Positions 1-10,802 of a DNA stretch of 64,000 nucleotides are shown here, piece after piece. Position 1 is the first letter of the stretch, and each line of letters opens with the position of its first letter. The position numbers and the translations under genes are program-made. The DNA is from an uncultured Methanoregulaceae archaeon (GTDB lineage Archaea; Halobacteriota; Methanomicrobia; Methanomicrobiales; Methanospirillaceae): contig OY969564.1 in assembly GCA_963701095.1 (NCBI GenBank), forward strand, positions 1,184,001 to 1,248,000, given 5' to 3'. The notes beneath the pieces were generated by a model, which was given only the letters and a program-made list of their open reading frames with translations, ran no database searches and was not told where the DNA came from.

Positions 1-823
1 CAAGTATCGTAAACCTCAACGTGGTCGCTGCCATCATCATTCCATATATCGTCCTTGCAGCCCTTACCGGGGCCATCAGCTGGAACCTGATCACCTGGTT
101 CTTTGGTCTGCCCACATCATCATCCCATGCACTTATCGGGGGGCTTGCCGGGGCCGGTATTTCAGCAGCAGGAATAGCGGTTATAAAGTGGTCAACGCTT
201 GGGCAGGTCACGCTCTTTATGGTGCTCTCGCCGCTTATTGGCCTTACCTGCGGGTTCCTCTTCATGGCCGCGATCCTCTGGATTACCAGAAAATCCAACA
301 AACCCACAACTGAAGGACATTTCAAGCGGCTTCAGCTCTGTTCCGCGGCAGCTTACAGTTTCAGCCACGGTACAAACGACGCCCAGAAAACGATGGGGAT
401 CATCGTTCCCCTGCTCTTTTCCATCGGATATTACGGTGCGAGCGCGAATGCGAGCCACCTGTCGGTACCTTACTGGGTGATCATCATTTGTTATACGACA
501 ATTGCCCTTGGAACCCTTGCCGGTGGATGGCGGATTGTGAAGACCATGGGGTATAAGATTACCAACTCGGCCGGTTCGAAGGTTTTGCTGCCGAAACTGC
601 AGGGGCCGTAACGATTCTCAGCGCTTCAGCTGCAGGTATCCCGGTAAGCACGACCCATGTGATCTGCGCGTCTATCATGGGCGTAGGCGTGACCGGGGGA
701 TCGAGTACGGTCAAATGGGGCGTCGCACGAAGCATCATTATTGCGTGGATTCTGACAATTCCCATTAGTGCACTGATCGGGTTCGGAACATTCCAGGCAA
801 TCAGGATTATTGTCGGGTCCTGA
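1..823 (+). CDS. PiT family inorganic phosphate transporter (5' truncated by window; apparent 1-nt frameshift near 565)
   Basis: GLPTSSSHALIGG and HGTNDAQKTMG motifs; the shifted frame continues FEGFAAETAG...PVSTTHV to TGA at 821-823. Confidence 0.9.
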
Positions 824-851
824 AACACGAGAAAACAAAAATCAACCTTTT

Positions 852-1511
852 TTATTTATCTTTTTGCGTTGTCCGGTAAAACCGGCACAGCATTCGTATA
901 CCACACACCGGGCACTGTGGTTTTTTTGCCGTGCAGCAGGCCCGGCCGTGAGCGATGAAAACATCGGTGAGATCGCCCCACTCATTTGAAGGGAACAGAG
1001 TCATAAGATCATGTTCGATTACCTTGACATCATCAGTGTCCGAAAATCCGATTCTCTGTGCAAGCCGGCGCACATGCGTGTCCACGGCAATACCATGGTT
1101 CTTCCCGAAACCATGGTACAACACAATATTTGCCGTTTTTCTCCCGACGCCAGGTATAGAAAGCAGGTCTTCCATAGTATCCGGCACCTGCCCGCCAAAG
1201 TCCGTGATCAGGGTTTTTGCTGCAGCAATGATGTGACGCGCTTTTGCATGGTAGAACCCCAGTCTGTGAATGATAGGTTCTACATCAGCAATGTCAGCAC
1301 TGGCTAGGGCCTCCGGCGTAGGATAGGCAGAAAAAAGCGGTTTTTCTACCAGAAGAACGGCCTTGTCGGTTGTCTGTGCGGAGAGTATTGTTAAGATAAG
1401 CACGTGAAAAGGTGTCCCCCGGGCAACGGTCAAAGGAGACTCACGGGCATCAGGGTACTGCTTTAACAGAAGAGAATAGATCCGCCGGGCATCCTGTGTT
1501 TTCATAGTCAC
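852..1511 (-). CDS. nth: Endonuclease III (HhH-GPD glycosylase/AP lyase, 4Fe-4S)
   Basis: ILSAQTTD, IPGVGRKTAN, AVDTHV and C-x6-C-x2-C-x5-C motifs. Confidence 0.95.
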   Translation of the reverse strand: MTMKTQDARRIYSLLLKQYPDARESPLTVARGTPFHVLILTILSAQTTDKAVLLVEKPLFSAYPTPEALASADIADVEPIIHRLGFYHAKARHIIAAAKTLITDFGGQVPDTMEDLLSIPGVGRKTANIVLYHGFGKNHGIAVDTHVRRLAQRIGFSDTDDVKVIEHDLMTLFPSNEWGDLTDVFIAHGRACCTAKKPQCPVCGIRMLCRFYRTTQKDK

Positions 1512-1512
1512 A

Positions 1513-1587
1513 TGGGGTAGGGCGGATTCGAACCGCCGTCAAAGCGTCCCAAACGCTCTAGGATGGACCAGGCTACCCTACTACCCC
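1513..1587 (-). tRNA. tRNA-Pro(TGG)
   Basis: Reverse complement GGGGTAG...GAGCG-TT-TGG-GA-CGCTT...GGTTCGAATCC...CTACCCCA folds as a cloverleaf; no encoded CCA tail after the discriminator. Confidence 0.95.
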
Positions 1588-1645
1588 GCGTCCTACAATA
1601 TTGTCCCCAACGGCTAAAAATACCTGCCGTTTACCACTCACTAAA

Positions 1646-2349
1646 TCAGAGAGGGAGGATCTTTTTCTTCGTCTCACTCACAATGGATCCATCAAGATGC
1701 CCGGTGAGAAGAGCGTCAGAAAGGTTCTCCGGTCGTGTTCCATCAAGGACAACTAGAGGGATGTGGCTTCTTTCCACAACCCGGGCGGCGATGATATCGA
1801 GAACGTTATGGGATCCGGCTCCAAGACCACCACGACCGACGATCTCAATCAGCTGCTTTGGAGTTAGTGTCCGGTGATGTTTTGCACCGGGAAACTTTTT
1901 GGGATCTTTGTCGTAAATACCGTTAACTGACGTTACATTAACAAAAACGTCAGCATGAACCCGTTCTGCAAGGACGGCGGCGACCGCGTCGGTTGTTTGG
2001 CCCGGGTGATCCCGCCCATGACGACAATCTTTTTTGATTCGGCAAATTTTTTTGCCTCGGAATGGCTTTCGGCAACTTTGGGGTATGCAGAGTCACCTAA
2101 AGCTGCAATCAGGAGTGTGGCATTGAGCCGGGTCACGAGAATGCCAATCTCGTCTGCAGTCCCTTCATCTATGCCAAGGTCCCGGGCGACCCCGATATAA
2201 TCCCGGGCTCCGCCACCACCACCGACAACGACAAAGAGCCGGTGTTGTGCGGCAATCGTTTCAAGGACCGGGAGATAGGCCTGTATCCGGTTGTTGTTCA
2301 GTTCCGGGATCAGGATCGAACCACCGAGAGAGATAACGATTGTCTTCAT
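1646..2349 (-). CDS. pyrH: UMP kinase (apparent frameshift near 2005)
   Basis: VISLGGS, VVVGGGGGAR; adding one C restores GGITPGQTTDAV...VNGIYDKDP, ending KKILPL-stop at 1646. Confidence 0.92.
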
Positions 2350-2404
2350 GGACTAGTTTTTGTACAGGATGCTCATATAGAGTTGTTCTAAGCGAGAACC
2401 GACC

Positions 2405-2569
2405 ATGTTGTGCTGTCCTGTCTGTAAGAGCCGGGAGATTTTCCCGGTTGCCGGGGGGTATATGGGGCAGGTATACCTCTGCAAGAACTGCAAATACCGG
2501 GGATCGTTTGTCCTTGAAATAGATGATGATGAAGTAAAAAGTGATGAACCGGGAGAGCCGGTGAAATAA
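2405..2569 (+). CDS. 54-aa zinc-ribbon microprotein (not in ORF track)
   Basis: MLCCPVCKSREIFPVAGGYMGQVYLCKNCKYRGSFVLEIDDDEV...; two CxxC knuckles and an acidic tail. Confidence 0.8.
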   Translation: MLCCPVCKSREIFPVAGGYMGQVYLCKNCKYRGSFVLEIDDDEVKSDEPGEPVK

Positions 2570-2584
2570 CGAGAGGACTCAGGT

Positions 2585-3597
2585 ATGCATGAAGCACGCC
2601 AGTACGCAAAAAAAGAAAATAACATAGTACAATGCTCACTGTGTAGTCATCGCTGCACCATTGCCCATGGAAAACACGGAATATGTGGTGTACGAAAAAA
2701 TGAGGGCGGAGTATTGTATGCGACGACATATGGGCTCGTGAGCGCTGAAGCTGTCGATCCCATTGAGAAAAAACCTCTCTTTCATTACCTTCCCGGTACT
2801 CTGTCATATTCATTGGGTGGTGTCGGGTGCAACTTCCGGTGTGAACACTGCCAGAACTGGCATATTTCTCAGGCAGACCGGGACACAACCCGGCTTATAG
2901 GGATATCTCCCGGAGAAGGAGTGACGCGGGCTCTTGGAAGCGGCAGCGCAAGCATTTCCTGGACCTATAACGAGCCGACTATCTGGCACGAGTATACTCT
3001 TGATATGGGGACCCTTGCGCGGGCGCGGGGTCTGGGAACAATTTACGTCACGAACGGTTACATCACCGAGGAAGCCCTGACGGAACTTGCCCCTATGCTT
3101 GCCGCGTTCCGTGTTGATCTCAAGGCGTTTACCGATGATTTCTATAAGAAGATCTGTGGGGGGCATCTTCAGCCGGTACTGAACGCGACCGTACGTGCCC
3201 GTGAACTGGGGATGCATATCGAAACTGTGACGCTGGTCATCCCGGGACTCAATGATAGCATGGAAGAGCAGGAATCCCTGATCCGGTGGGTTATCGAGCA
3301 CCTCGGCCCGCAGACACCCATGCACTTTTCAGCATTCCACCCGGATTATCATATGACAAACCGTGAGGCGACTCCGGTTGCTCTTCTCGAAAAGATTTGT
3401 TCCCGGGCAAAAGAACTCGGCTCCGGTACCCCTATCTTGGAAATGTCCCGCACAGCAAATACGAAAACACCTATTGCCCGGCATGTGGCGCCATGCTCAT
3501 TGAACGCAGGGGATTTTCAAGCCGCATAACCGGCCTTGACGATAGGCAGTGCACATCCTGCGGCGAGACAATCGAGATTGTATGTCATGCCTCCTGA
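2585..3597 (+). CDS. AmmeMemoRadiSam-type radical SAM enzyme (PFL-activase related; frameshift near 3420)
   Basis: CSLCSHRC, AVDPIEKKPLFH, CNFRCEHCQN; C-terminal YLGNV..ENTYCPACG lies in the next frame. Confidence 0.9.
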
Positions 3598-4066
3598 AAC
3601 CCGTTTTGTCGCGGACCGGATGCTTGGAACACTCACCCGGTATCTCCGGTTTATGGGATATGACACGATCAGTGCAAACGGGTTCCGCTCTGGTGATGCC
3701 AACGAAGATACGCAGCTCCTTGCTCTTGCACTCCGCGAGCACCGGATACTCCTGACCCGGGATCACGAACTTGCCCGGCGAGGGCAGGACCAGGCGGTAC
3801 TGGTCATTGACGGCGATGTACTTGCTCAGGTTCAGCAGCTGGCTCATCTCGGTCTTATAGAACGTCGCCTCCCCATGAGCAGGTGTTCGATCTGTAACAC
3901 GGCACTCCGTGAGGCGACCGAAGACGAGATCCAGTCTGCAGGGTATGCACCGCGTGACCGGACCGGTTATTCCTTTTTCTGGTGTGTACACTGCGGAAAA
4001 CTGTACTGGAACGGTTCACATGGGAAGTGTCTCCAGGAAAGAATTGATGCCGGGTTCAGCATCTGA
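3587..4066 (+). CDS. Mut7-C RNase (PIN-like) domain protein
   Basis: RFVADRMLGTLTRYLRFMGYDT, RILLTRD, SRCSICN, CVHCGKLYWNGSH. Confidence 0.9.
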   Translation: MPPETRFVADRMLGTLTRYLRFMGYDTISANGFRSGDANEDTQLLALALREHRILLTRDHELARRGQDQAVLVIDGDVLAQVQQLAHLGLIERRLPMSRCSICNTALREATEDEIQSAGYAPRDRTGYSFFWCVHCGKLYWNGSHGKCLQERIDAGFSI

Positions 4067-4274
4067 TACTTTCATGGGGATCCCTTATTTTGCACAGAGG
4101 AAAAATCGCCTGTCCACGGCCGGTGTATCAGAACCAGTCTGTTCTCTCCAATACATATGAATATTGGGGAGAGAAAAACGGCAGATTTTTATCAACCACG
4201 AAACTTTCTTTAGATCAAAATTCAGGGGCAGTGGTCCGCCAGTTCAGTGGATCAGGTCGGAGCTTGATGTGATA

Positions 4275-4934
4275 ATGCCGGAACCAGAAAAAAAGAGGAA
4301 AATCACTGAGGAAATCGACCGGATGGAGATAATATTTGCAGTGATCCTCCTCATTGCAACGGTAACCTCCGCCCTCTGCGCCTATGAGGCGACCCTGTGG
4401 TCGGGGACCAAAAACTCGCTTACCGACATATCGGATAACATGAGAACCGACTCCATCCAGGCCAGCAACGATGCAAACCGGCAAATTCTCGTCGATGTCT
4501 CAGTTTTCCTCGCTTGGAGCGATGCAAAGAGTGCAAACGACACGGTCCGTGCAAGTGCTCTTGAGAACAGGTTCAATCCGGAGTTTAAACCTGCATTTGC
4601 GGCCTGGATTGCTGAAGTTCAGGGGCAGCCCCCTGGCACCATACCTCCCGGCACACCTTTTTCACTTCCCCAATATAACCTGAGCGCCCAGGTACAAAGC
4701 GAGGAACTGCAGGCAAACGCAACAGCAATCTATAACCAGGCGAAAGCGGCAGACGCAATAAGCGATCAATATCTCCTCAATGCTGTACTCTTTACTATCG
4801 TTCTCTTTCTCTGCGGTGTAGGCCAGCGGTGGAAGCACGACAAAATCCGGAGAATTATACTCGTGAGTGCTATACTGTTCTTTATCTTTGCGATCTCGGT
4901 GTTCCTCTGGCTTCCAAAGATATTCGGGTTCTAA
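4275..4934 (+). CDS. Hypothetical membrane protein (1 N-terminal and 2 C-terminal TM helices)
   Basis: Hydrophobic segments flanking a polar helical loop; start codon uncertain. Confidence 0.7.
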   Translation: MPEPEKKRKITEEIDRMEIIFAVILLIATVTSALCAYEATLWSGTKNSLTDISDNMRTDSIQASNDANRQILVDVSVFLAWSDAKSANDTVRASALENRFNPEFKPAFAAWIAEVQGQPPGTIPPGTPFSLPQYNLSAQVQSEELQANATAIYNQAKAADAISDQYLLNAVLFTIVLFLCGVGQRWKHDKIRRIILVSAILFFIFAISVFLWLPKIFGF

Positions 4935-5102
4935 TCTTTTGGAGTCTTCTCATCTCATTTTTTCTCGCACTCAATATCATGAACTTCTGAGTTAAGGATA
5001 TCCCCTTTTTTGTGCATAATTCACTGCCCTTGATGCGGTCAATATATCATCCCAGTTCTGCTGCATTACCTCCCTAGGGATCTGGTACCTGTACACGGCC
5101 GT

Positions 5103-5366
5103 ATGCTCGTACTGCTGCAGGATCGTGGTCAGTTACGTTGCAAACAGGTCCATCACCTTCCCGATGCAAACAGAAGAACTGCTGTTCAATTTGCAACTTT
5201 TTCTGCGATCTATATCTCATGCCTTATTGTCAATGTGGGGATTGTCTGGCTCACCGTTACCTACCTTTCACTTACTCCCATCACTGCAAAAATCATCGCA
5301 ATCTGCTGTACGTTTCTCTGGAATTGCCACGGGCAGAGCAGGTTCACATTCAGGGCACCGGTATAA
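5103..5366 (+). pseudogene. GtrA-like flippase fragment
   Basis: C-terminal QFATF...IVNVGIVW...AKIIAI..FLWN...RFTF fits GtrA; the N-terminal half (VSYVANRSITF) is in another frame and looks degraded. Confidence 0.55.
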
Positions 5367-5469
5367 ACAGGTGAATGTATACGGTTTTTGTGATCAAACA
5401 CGGTTATTGTGGTGTAGCGAGCGTGTAAAGCACTGATGGAACAAATTTCCCAAAAATGGAACTGATCTT

Positions 5470-7317
5470 TTATTTCCCGCCCAGAACTCTTTCAATCTCT
5501 TTCCTGAGCAGCTCGCTCACGACTTTCCCGTCCACGGACCCCCGGACTTCCTGCATCACAACGCCCATAAGAGGGCCAAGTGCTGCCCTCTGTTTCTGGG
5601 CAATAAAGTCCGCACGTTCAGCGATAATCTTTTTGATCACCGCTTCGAGTTCATCACGGGAAACGGTTGGGGCGAGTCTGGCCATTGCCTCCTCAGCAGT
5701 GCTACCCCCGGCAATCGCAGTGAGAATCTCGGGAATCGCTTCCTTTGCCACTGTACTCTTTTCAACTGCCTGAAGTACAGCAAGAATAGCGTTATCTGAG
5801 ATTCCATCGGTATTCACGCCATCACGACGGATCTCTTTGAGGGTTGCAAGAAGCGTTCGCGACGCAAGGTTTGCCTTAACTCCGTCTGCAAGAGCCCTTT
5901 CGAAAAGGGGACGGTATTCGGAGAATGCCATCTGCCGGGCAACGGCCGGGTCAAGACCGAGTTCCGAGGCGAACCGTTCGGCTTTGAGGGTGAGGAGCTC
6001 GGGAACGGTTACTGCATGCCACCGGCATTCATCAATCCGGACCGGAAGGACATCGGTTTCCGGGTACATCCGTTCTGCTCCGGGAAGGGGACGCATATAT
6101 GCAGTGCTGCCCTCTTCGAGCATTTTCCGGGTCTCTTCGGGAACAGGTTTATCCGAGAGCGCCATTTGAGCCCTGTTGTGGACCTGGCTCCACGCACAAC
6201 TTGCCTGTTTTGGGTTCGCCCCGGCAACAAGGATCACACAATCCTGTTCTTGTGCCCTTACAAAATTACGAAGTGCCGCAACTTCTACCGCTGTGACGCC
6301 ATATGCTGGGAGCTCGTCTGTATGGAAAATCCCGCCGACTCCACACTTTTTCGCATAATCCGACATTTCGCTTCCCAGGCGACGACCGGGCTGGATCTCG
6401 CGGCCCACTAATCCGGCGAAACCTGGCAAGACAAGGGCATAGATTTTCTTGGCTTTTTTGAGAATCGCGGATTTTGTTTCTTTGAAGAGATCCGTGATAT
6501 CTGTCTGCTCGGTCCCGACACTCGCGTGACGTTTTATGAGTTCCGCGTGAATTGAAAGGAGACTTTCCTGGCGCTGGACTTCCCGGCGGACAACTTCTGC
6601 AATAAGATCGAGATCCTGTACACCTTTGATCTCGACCCGTGCTCCGTCTTTAATGGAGATGTTGACATCCTGCCGGATTGTCCCAAGGCCCCGCTTTACC
6701 GCACCGGTTGAACGAAGCACCATGCCGATATATTCGGCGACCTGCTGGACATCCTCCGGGGTATGCATGCAGGGCGATGTCGTGATTTCAATAAGCGGGA
6801 TACCAAGACGGTCAAGCGAGAAAATATCGTCTTTGACCCGTTGTGCCGCCTCTTCTTCGATACAGATCGTCTCGATGATCCCGCCGTTCGGGAGGGCGCC
6901 ATTGATGGCCACAAGTGCCGAACGCTGGAACCCGCTTGTGTTGGAACCATCGATCACCAGTTTACGCATTACGTGGATCTGAGGGATCGGCGTCATACAA
7001 AAGGTCTTTGCAATGGTGAGACCGATCGTGAGTGCTTCATCGTTAAGAGGAGCGGGAGGCTCCTCATCATTCTCGACAAGACAGGTGGTCCTGTAGGTGT
7101 AATACTGGAACTTACGCACCTGTTTCATCTCTTCCTGAGCAGCCCGGTCAATTTCGCCCATCTCGCTTTCGGTCGCTCGCAGGAACCGGAAGAATTCACC
7201 GGTGTGTTGGGCATTATCAAGAAGCGTTGTCGGGCAGTGGCAGAACAGTTTCTCTTTGGTGTCGAGTTGCTGGTGGATCTCGATACCCGCGGTGAGCCCC
7301 AGGACCTTATAATCCAT
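5470..7317 (-). CDS. gatE: Glu-tRNA(Gln) amidotransferase subunit E
   Basis: GIEIHQQL, MRKLVIDGSNTSGFQR, GLGTIRQDVNISI, RPLPGAERMYPETD. Confidence 0.97.
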   Translation of the reverse strand: MDYKVLGLTAGIEIHQQLDTKEKLFCHCPTTLLDNAQHTGEFFRFLRATESEMGEIDRAAQEEMKQVRKFQYYTYRTTCLVENDEEPPAPLNDEALTIGLTIAKTFCMTPIPQIHVMRKLVIDGSNTSGFQRSALVAINGALPNGGIIETICIEEEAAQRVKDDIFSLDRLGIPLIEITTSPCMHTPEDVQQVAEYIGMVLRSTGAVKRGLGTIRQDVNISIKDGARVEIKGVQDLDLIAEVVRREVQRQESLLSIHAELIKRHASVGTEQTDITDLFKETKSAILKKAKKIYALVLPGFAGLVGREIQPGRRLGSEMSDYAKKCGVGGIFHTDELPAYGVTAVEVAALRNFVRAQEQDCVILVAGANPKQASCAWSQVHNRAQMALSDKPVPEETRKMLEEGSTAYMRPLPGAERMYPETDVLPVRIDECRWHAVTVPELLTLKAERFASELGLDPAVARQMAFSEYRPLFERALADGVKANLASRTLLATLKEIRRDGVNTDGISDNAILAVLQAVEKSTVAKEAIPEILTAIAGGSTAEEAMARLAPTVSRDELEAVIKKIIAERADFIAQKQRAALGPLMGVVMQEVRGSVDGKVVSELLRKEIERVLGGK

Positions 7318-8543
7318 GGGCACTCCTCCGCATACATTCACCTTTGAGATCCGTTTTCATCAGAGTTGCCGCCTTTTCCGGATCTTTTTCGTTTGCAAGC
7401 ACCCACATCTGTTTGACGAGAGCCACTTCAGGAAGCATATCGCCGCCTTCAATAACACCAGCGGCCAGGAGATCACGGCCCGTGTCATAAACACGGTCAC
7501 AGACCCGGCCGTTCATACACTGCGAAGTCATCACAACCTGTGCGCCATCGGCTATCAAGGCTTTTATATGCGGGATAAGGATCGTACTCACGTGCCCAGA
7601 CCGGTACCCGAGAGGATGAGCCCTTTGTACCCTTCATAACCCTTCAGGACATCCGAGGACATTCCCGGGTAGAACTGGATAAGACCGCAATGCGGTTCGA
7701 GATTGTTGTGCAGGACAAGTTTATGAGACCCCCTGCGAACCGCTTCTTCGGTTAAAGTAACGGTACGGGTAGTGTAGTCGACCGTACCGACGGGGGGAAT
7801 TCCGATACTTTTGAATGCATCCCGCCGGGACGTATGCATTTTTCGCACCCGGTACCCCGGTGGATAGCACAAAAATCATCATTTGTAGTTCCGTGCATGA
7901 CGATGGCAACTTCGCCGAGTTCGCTTTCTGCAGTACACGCCGCACATACTGCATTCATTGAATTGTCACTCGACGGCCGGTCAGCCGAACGTTGGGATCC
8001 AACAAAGACAACAGGTACAGGAGTATCAATCATGAAACTGACAGCAGCTGCACTATACGCCATCGTATCTGTCCCGTGTGTAACGATAACACCCGCAACA
8101 CCGAGTTTTATTTCATCATAAATCGCTTTCGCAAGCTCCTGCCATATCATCGGAGTCATGTTCTCCGAGAGGATGGTATAAAGTCGTTTTGTACGGTACC
8201 TGCCGATTTCGGCAAGAGCCGGGATTGCGGTCAGGATATCATCTGCATCGAACTGGCTGGTAACAGCCCCGGTCCGGTAATCAATCCTGCTTGCGATAGT
8301 GCCGCCAGTTGAGATGATAGCGAGCTCGGGAACGCGTGGATCCTGCTTTACCGGTGCTGGCCGGGCTGATGGGGTTTTGGCCGGGAAAACAAGACTGCAG
8401 CATGTTTTTTCGACACCGATATTATAACCGCTTGAAAGTTTTACGACAACCATTCCATCCCGGTCGGTGATATATGTCCCGGAAAGGGTCATGTTGCCAT
8501 AGGTGCAGGTGACAAGATCCCCAGCAGAAAACGAAGCGGTTAT
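7307..8543 (-). CDS. gatD: Glu-tRNA(Gln) amidotransferase subunit D (frameshifts near 7851 and 7596; possible ATA start)
   Basis: STGGTIASRIDY, HGTDTM, VGSQRSADRPSSD, RVRKMHTSRRDAF, GTGLG spread over three ORF pieces. Confidence 0.93.
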
Positions 8544-10021
8544 GCTACCATCCTCCGGGCATCGGCGATAAGGTCCTCTTTTGTTTTTAAAATCTTTGCA
8601 AGTTTTTCGTCGATGAACGTTGAGTTAGTATCAAGCTGTTTTTTCCTGTCTGCAATCGCTATCTTGGTTGCGAATGGTGCTGGTCCGCCGGTCGCTTTCC
8701 TGATACTGACCGAGTTATTCACATCAAGTGCAACATCTATCTGGTCCTGGGTAAGTCCCTTACTGGAAAGCGAGATCCCCAGATCAAGTTCCTTTATCGA
8801 AGATTCAAGGTTTTCAAGGGTAAGGTTTCCTTTCTGGACAGCTCTGCCGACAATGTTATGGGCCATGCGGAAGGGAAGGCCGTAATCCCGTACAAGAGTA
8901 TCAGCAAGATCTGTTGCTGTCGAGAAACCCTTGCCAGCCTCCTCTTTCATACGCGCCGTATCAAAAGTGGCACTTGAGAGCATATCGATGAGGAGACGCA
9001 GGCTTTCCTTTGCGTCCCGCATACCCCGCCAGATGTTGGGGGTAAGCTCCTGGAGGTCACGGTTATAGCTCATTGGCAGACCTTTTATGGTCATGAGTGC
9101 CCCTGTATAAGCACCAAAGACCGATCCCGTTTTTGCCCGCATAATTTCCGCAGTATCAGGATTCTTTTTCTGTGGCATGATAGATGATGTAGAGCAGAAC
9201 GCATCATCAAGGGAAACAAACTGCACAAAGGAGGTGCTCCATATGACCAGTTCCTCGCAGAGCCGGCTCACGTTCGCCATAAGAATGGAAAGGGCGCCTA
9301 ATGTTTCAAGGGCAAAATCCCGAGTTGCTACAGCGTCCATGGTGTTAACGATAAGACCTTCGAATCCGAGGAGTTTTGCAGTAAACTCACGATCGATGGG
9401 ATACCCGGTAGATGCAAACGCGGCAGCACCAAGGGGGCATAGGTTGACCCTGGAATATGCGTCCCGCAGCCGGTCAAAATCGCGGGAGAACTGCTGCTCA
9501 TAGGAGAGGAGGTGATGGGCAAGGGTTGTGGGTTGGGCATGCTGGAGATGGGTAAAGCCGGGCATAACCGACTCACGATGCTGCTCGGCAAGTGCGACCA
9601 GCACTTCGCGGACTTTTAATAGTGCTGCCATCTGTTTGAGCAGATCTTCACGGAGTTTGAGCCGGATACAGGTAGCCACTTCATCGTTGCGTGACCGTCC
9701 CATGTGCATACGGCCACCAACGTCGACACCTACAGCTTCGATGAGGAGCGACTCAATCCCAGCATGGACATCCTCGAACCGGTCATCGAAGACCTCTTCA
9801 GGTACACCTTCGCTGTTGAGCTCAAGAAGCGCCGGCAGGAGCTGCTTCGCGATATCCGTGCCGATAATCTTCTGCCGTTCAAGCATCAGCACATGGGCAA
9901 TATCAACCAACACATCGGCATCGGCAATGCAGCGGTCGGATCGCATTGATGAGAGAAAACGCATCATTTCTCCCGTCCTTTCTCCTGAAAGGCGTCCCAG
10001 TCTTACAACATCGGTCCGCAT
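8540..10021 (-). CDS. argH: Argininosuccinate lyase
   Basis: GRSRNDEV, MPGFTHLQHAQP, STSSIMPQKKNPD, YNRDLQE. Confidence 0.97.
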   Translation of the reverse strand: MRTDVVRLGRLSGERTGEMMRFLSSMRSDRCIADADVLVDIAHVLMLERQKIIGTDIAKQLLPALLELNSEGVPEEVFDDRFEDVHAGIESLLIEAVGVDVGGRMHMGRSRNDEVATCIRLKLREDLLKQMAALLKVREVLVALAEQHRESVMPGFTHLQHAQPTTLAHHLLSYEQQFSRDFDRLRDAYSRVNLCPLGAAAFASTGYPIDREFTAKLLGFEGLIVNTMDAVATRDFALETLGALSILMANVSRLCEELVIWSTSFVQFVSLDDAFCSTSSIMPQKKNPDTAEIMRAKTGSVFGAYTGALMTIKGLPMSYNRDLQELTPNIWRGMRDAKESLRLLIDMLSSATFDTARMKEEAGKGFSTATDLADTLVRDYGLPFRMAHNIVGRAVQKGNLTLENLESSIKELDLGISLSSKGLTQDQIDVALDVNNSVSIRKATGGPAPFATKIAIADRKKQLDTNSTFIDEKLAKILKTKEDLIADARRMVA

Positions 10022-10071
10022 CAGTTTTCCCTCGCCATAATAATCTACATTTATGTGTACGCGCGGATCGA

Positions 10072-10605
10072 TTAAATCCACGCCTTCCGGGCTGCAAGTT
10101 CTATTGCCTGCTGAACAGATTCACGAGGGATGATTGTTGCTACCGGTACGTGAACCAGCTGCTCGATGATACTTGAGACAATCGGGGCGCAGACGATCGC
10201 AATCGCACCTTCCCGTTCGGCACGGACCGCAGCGACAATGGCATCTTCCATGGTATGGACTGGGTATTCACGGACCCGCATGCGATGGCCGTCGACTTCA
10301 GCGAGACGTTCCTCCACGCTCTCAAGTACCGGCCGGGCAGCAATGAGACCGATGAAATTCTCATCGCCGGTATGGTAAAACTGGCGCAGGGCCCGTACAA
10401 TTTCCCTTAAAGTCGAGAGGTTTGGCGAACGTTTACCGTGGAGGATTTTATACAACGAACTCTGGGCGATCCCACAGTGATCGGAAAGATCCCGGACGCT
10501 GATGCGCAGATCATTTTTCAAAAGATCATTTAAGGTTGTCACAAATACTTCATCAGAAATAAGAGCAGCGCGCAAAAGCCGGTCAACCGGGTCCATAGAG
10601 AGCAT
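10072..10605 (-). CDS. XRE-type HTH transcriptional regulator with a C-terminal sensory-like domain
   Basis: SVRDLSDHCGIAQSSLYKILHGKRSPNLSTLREI HTH; divergent from the ABC operon. Confidence 0.85.
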   Translation of the reverse strand: MLSMDPVDRLLRAALISDEVFVTTLNDLLKNDLRISVRDLSDHCGIAQSSLYKILHGKRSPNLSTLREIVRALRQFYHTGDENFIGLIAARPVLESVEERLAEVDGHRMRVREYPVHTMEDAIVAAVRAEREGAIAIVCAPIVSSIIEQLVHVPVATIIPRESVQQAIELAARKAWI

Positions 10606-10708
10606 AATAAACCCACAATTGGGTCAAAATGAAATAAATATTTCCACTGTTGTCTCATATAGTGAATAAAGAACTTCATCGAACATGTGGACGAATCGGG
10701 TACAAAAA

Positions 10709-10761
10709 TTATCTAATTGTAGAGAATTTATTTTTATTTTACCTAATTGGATAAAATTTAT
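10709..10761. promoter_or_regulatory. Tandem imperfect palindromic operator-like repeats
   Basis: TTATCTAATTGTAGAGAATTTAT (10709-10731) and TTACCTAATTGGATAAAATTTAT (10739-10761), 30 bp apart. Confidence 0.5.
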
Positions 10762-10802
10762 ACCCGGATGGACACTTTATTATTATCGTTCGGATAACCC
10801 GT

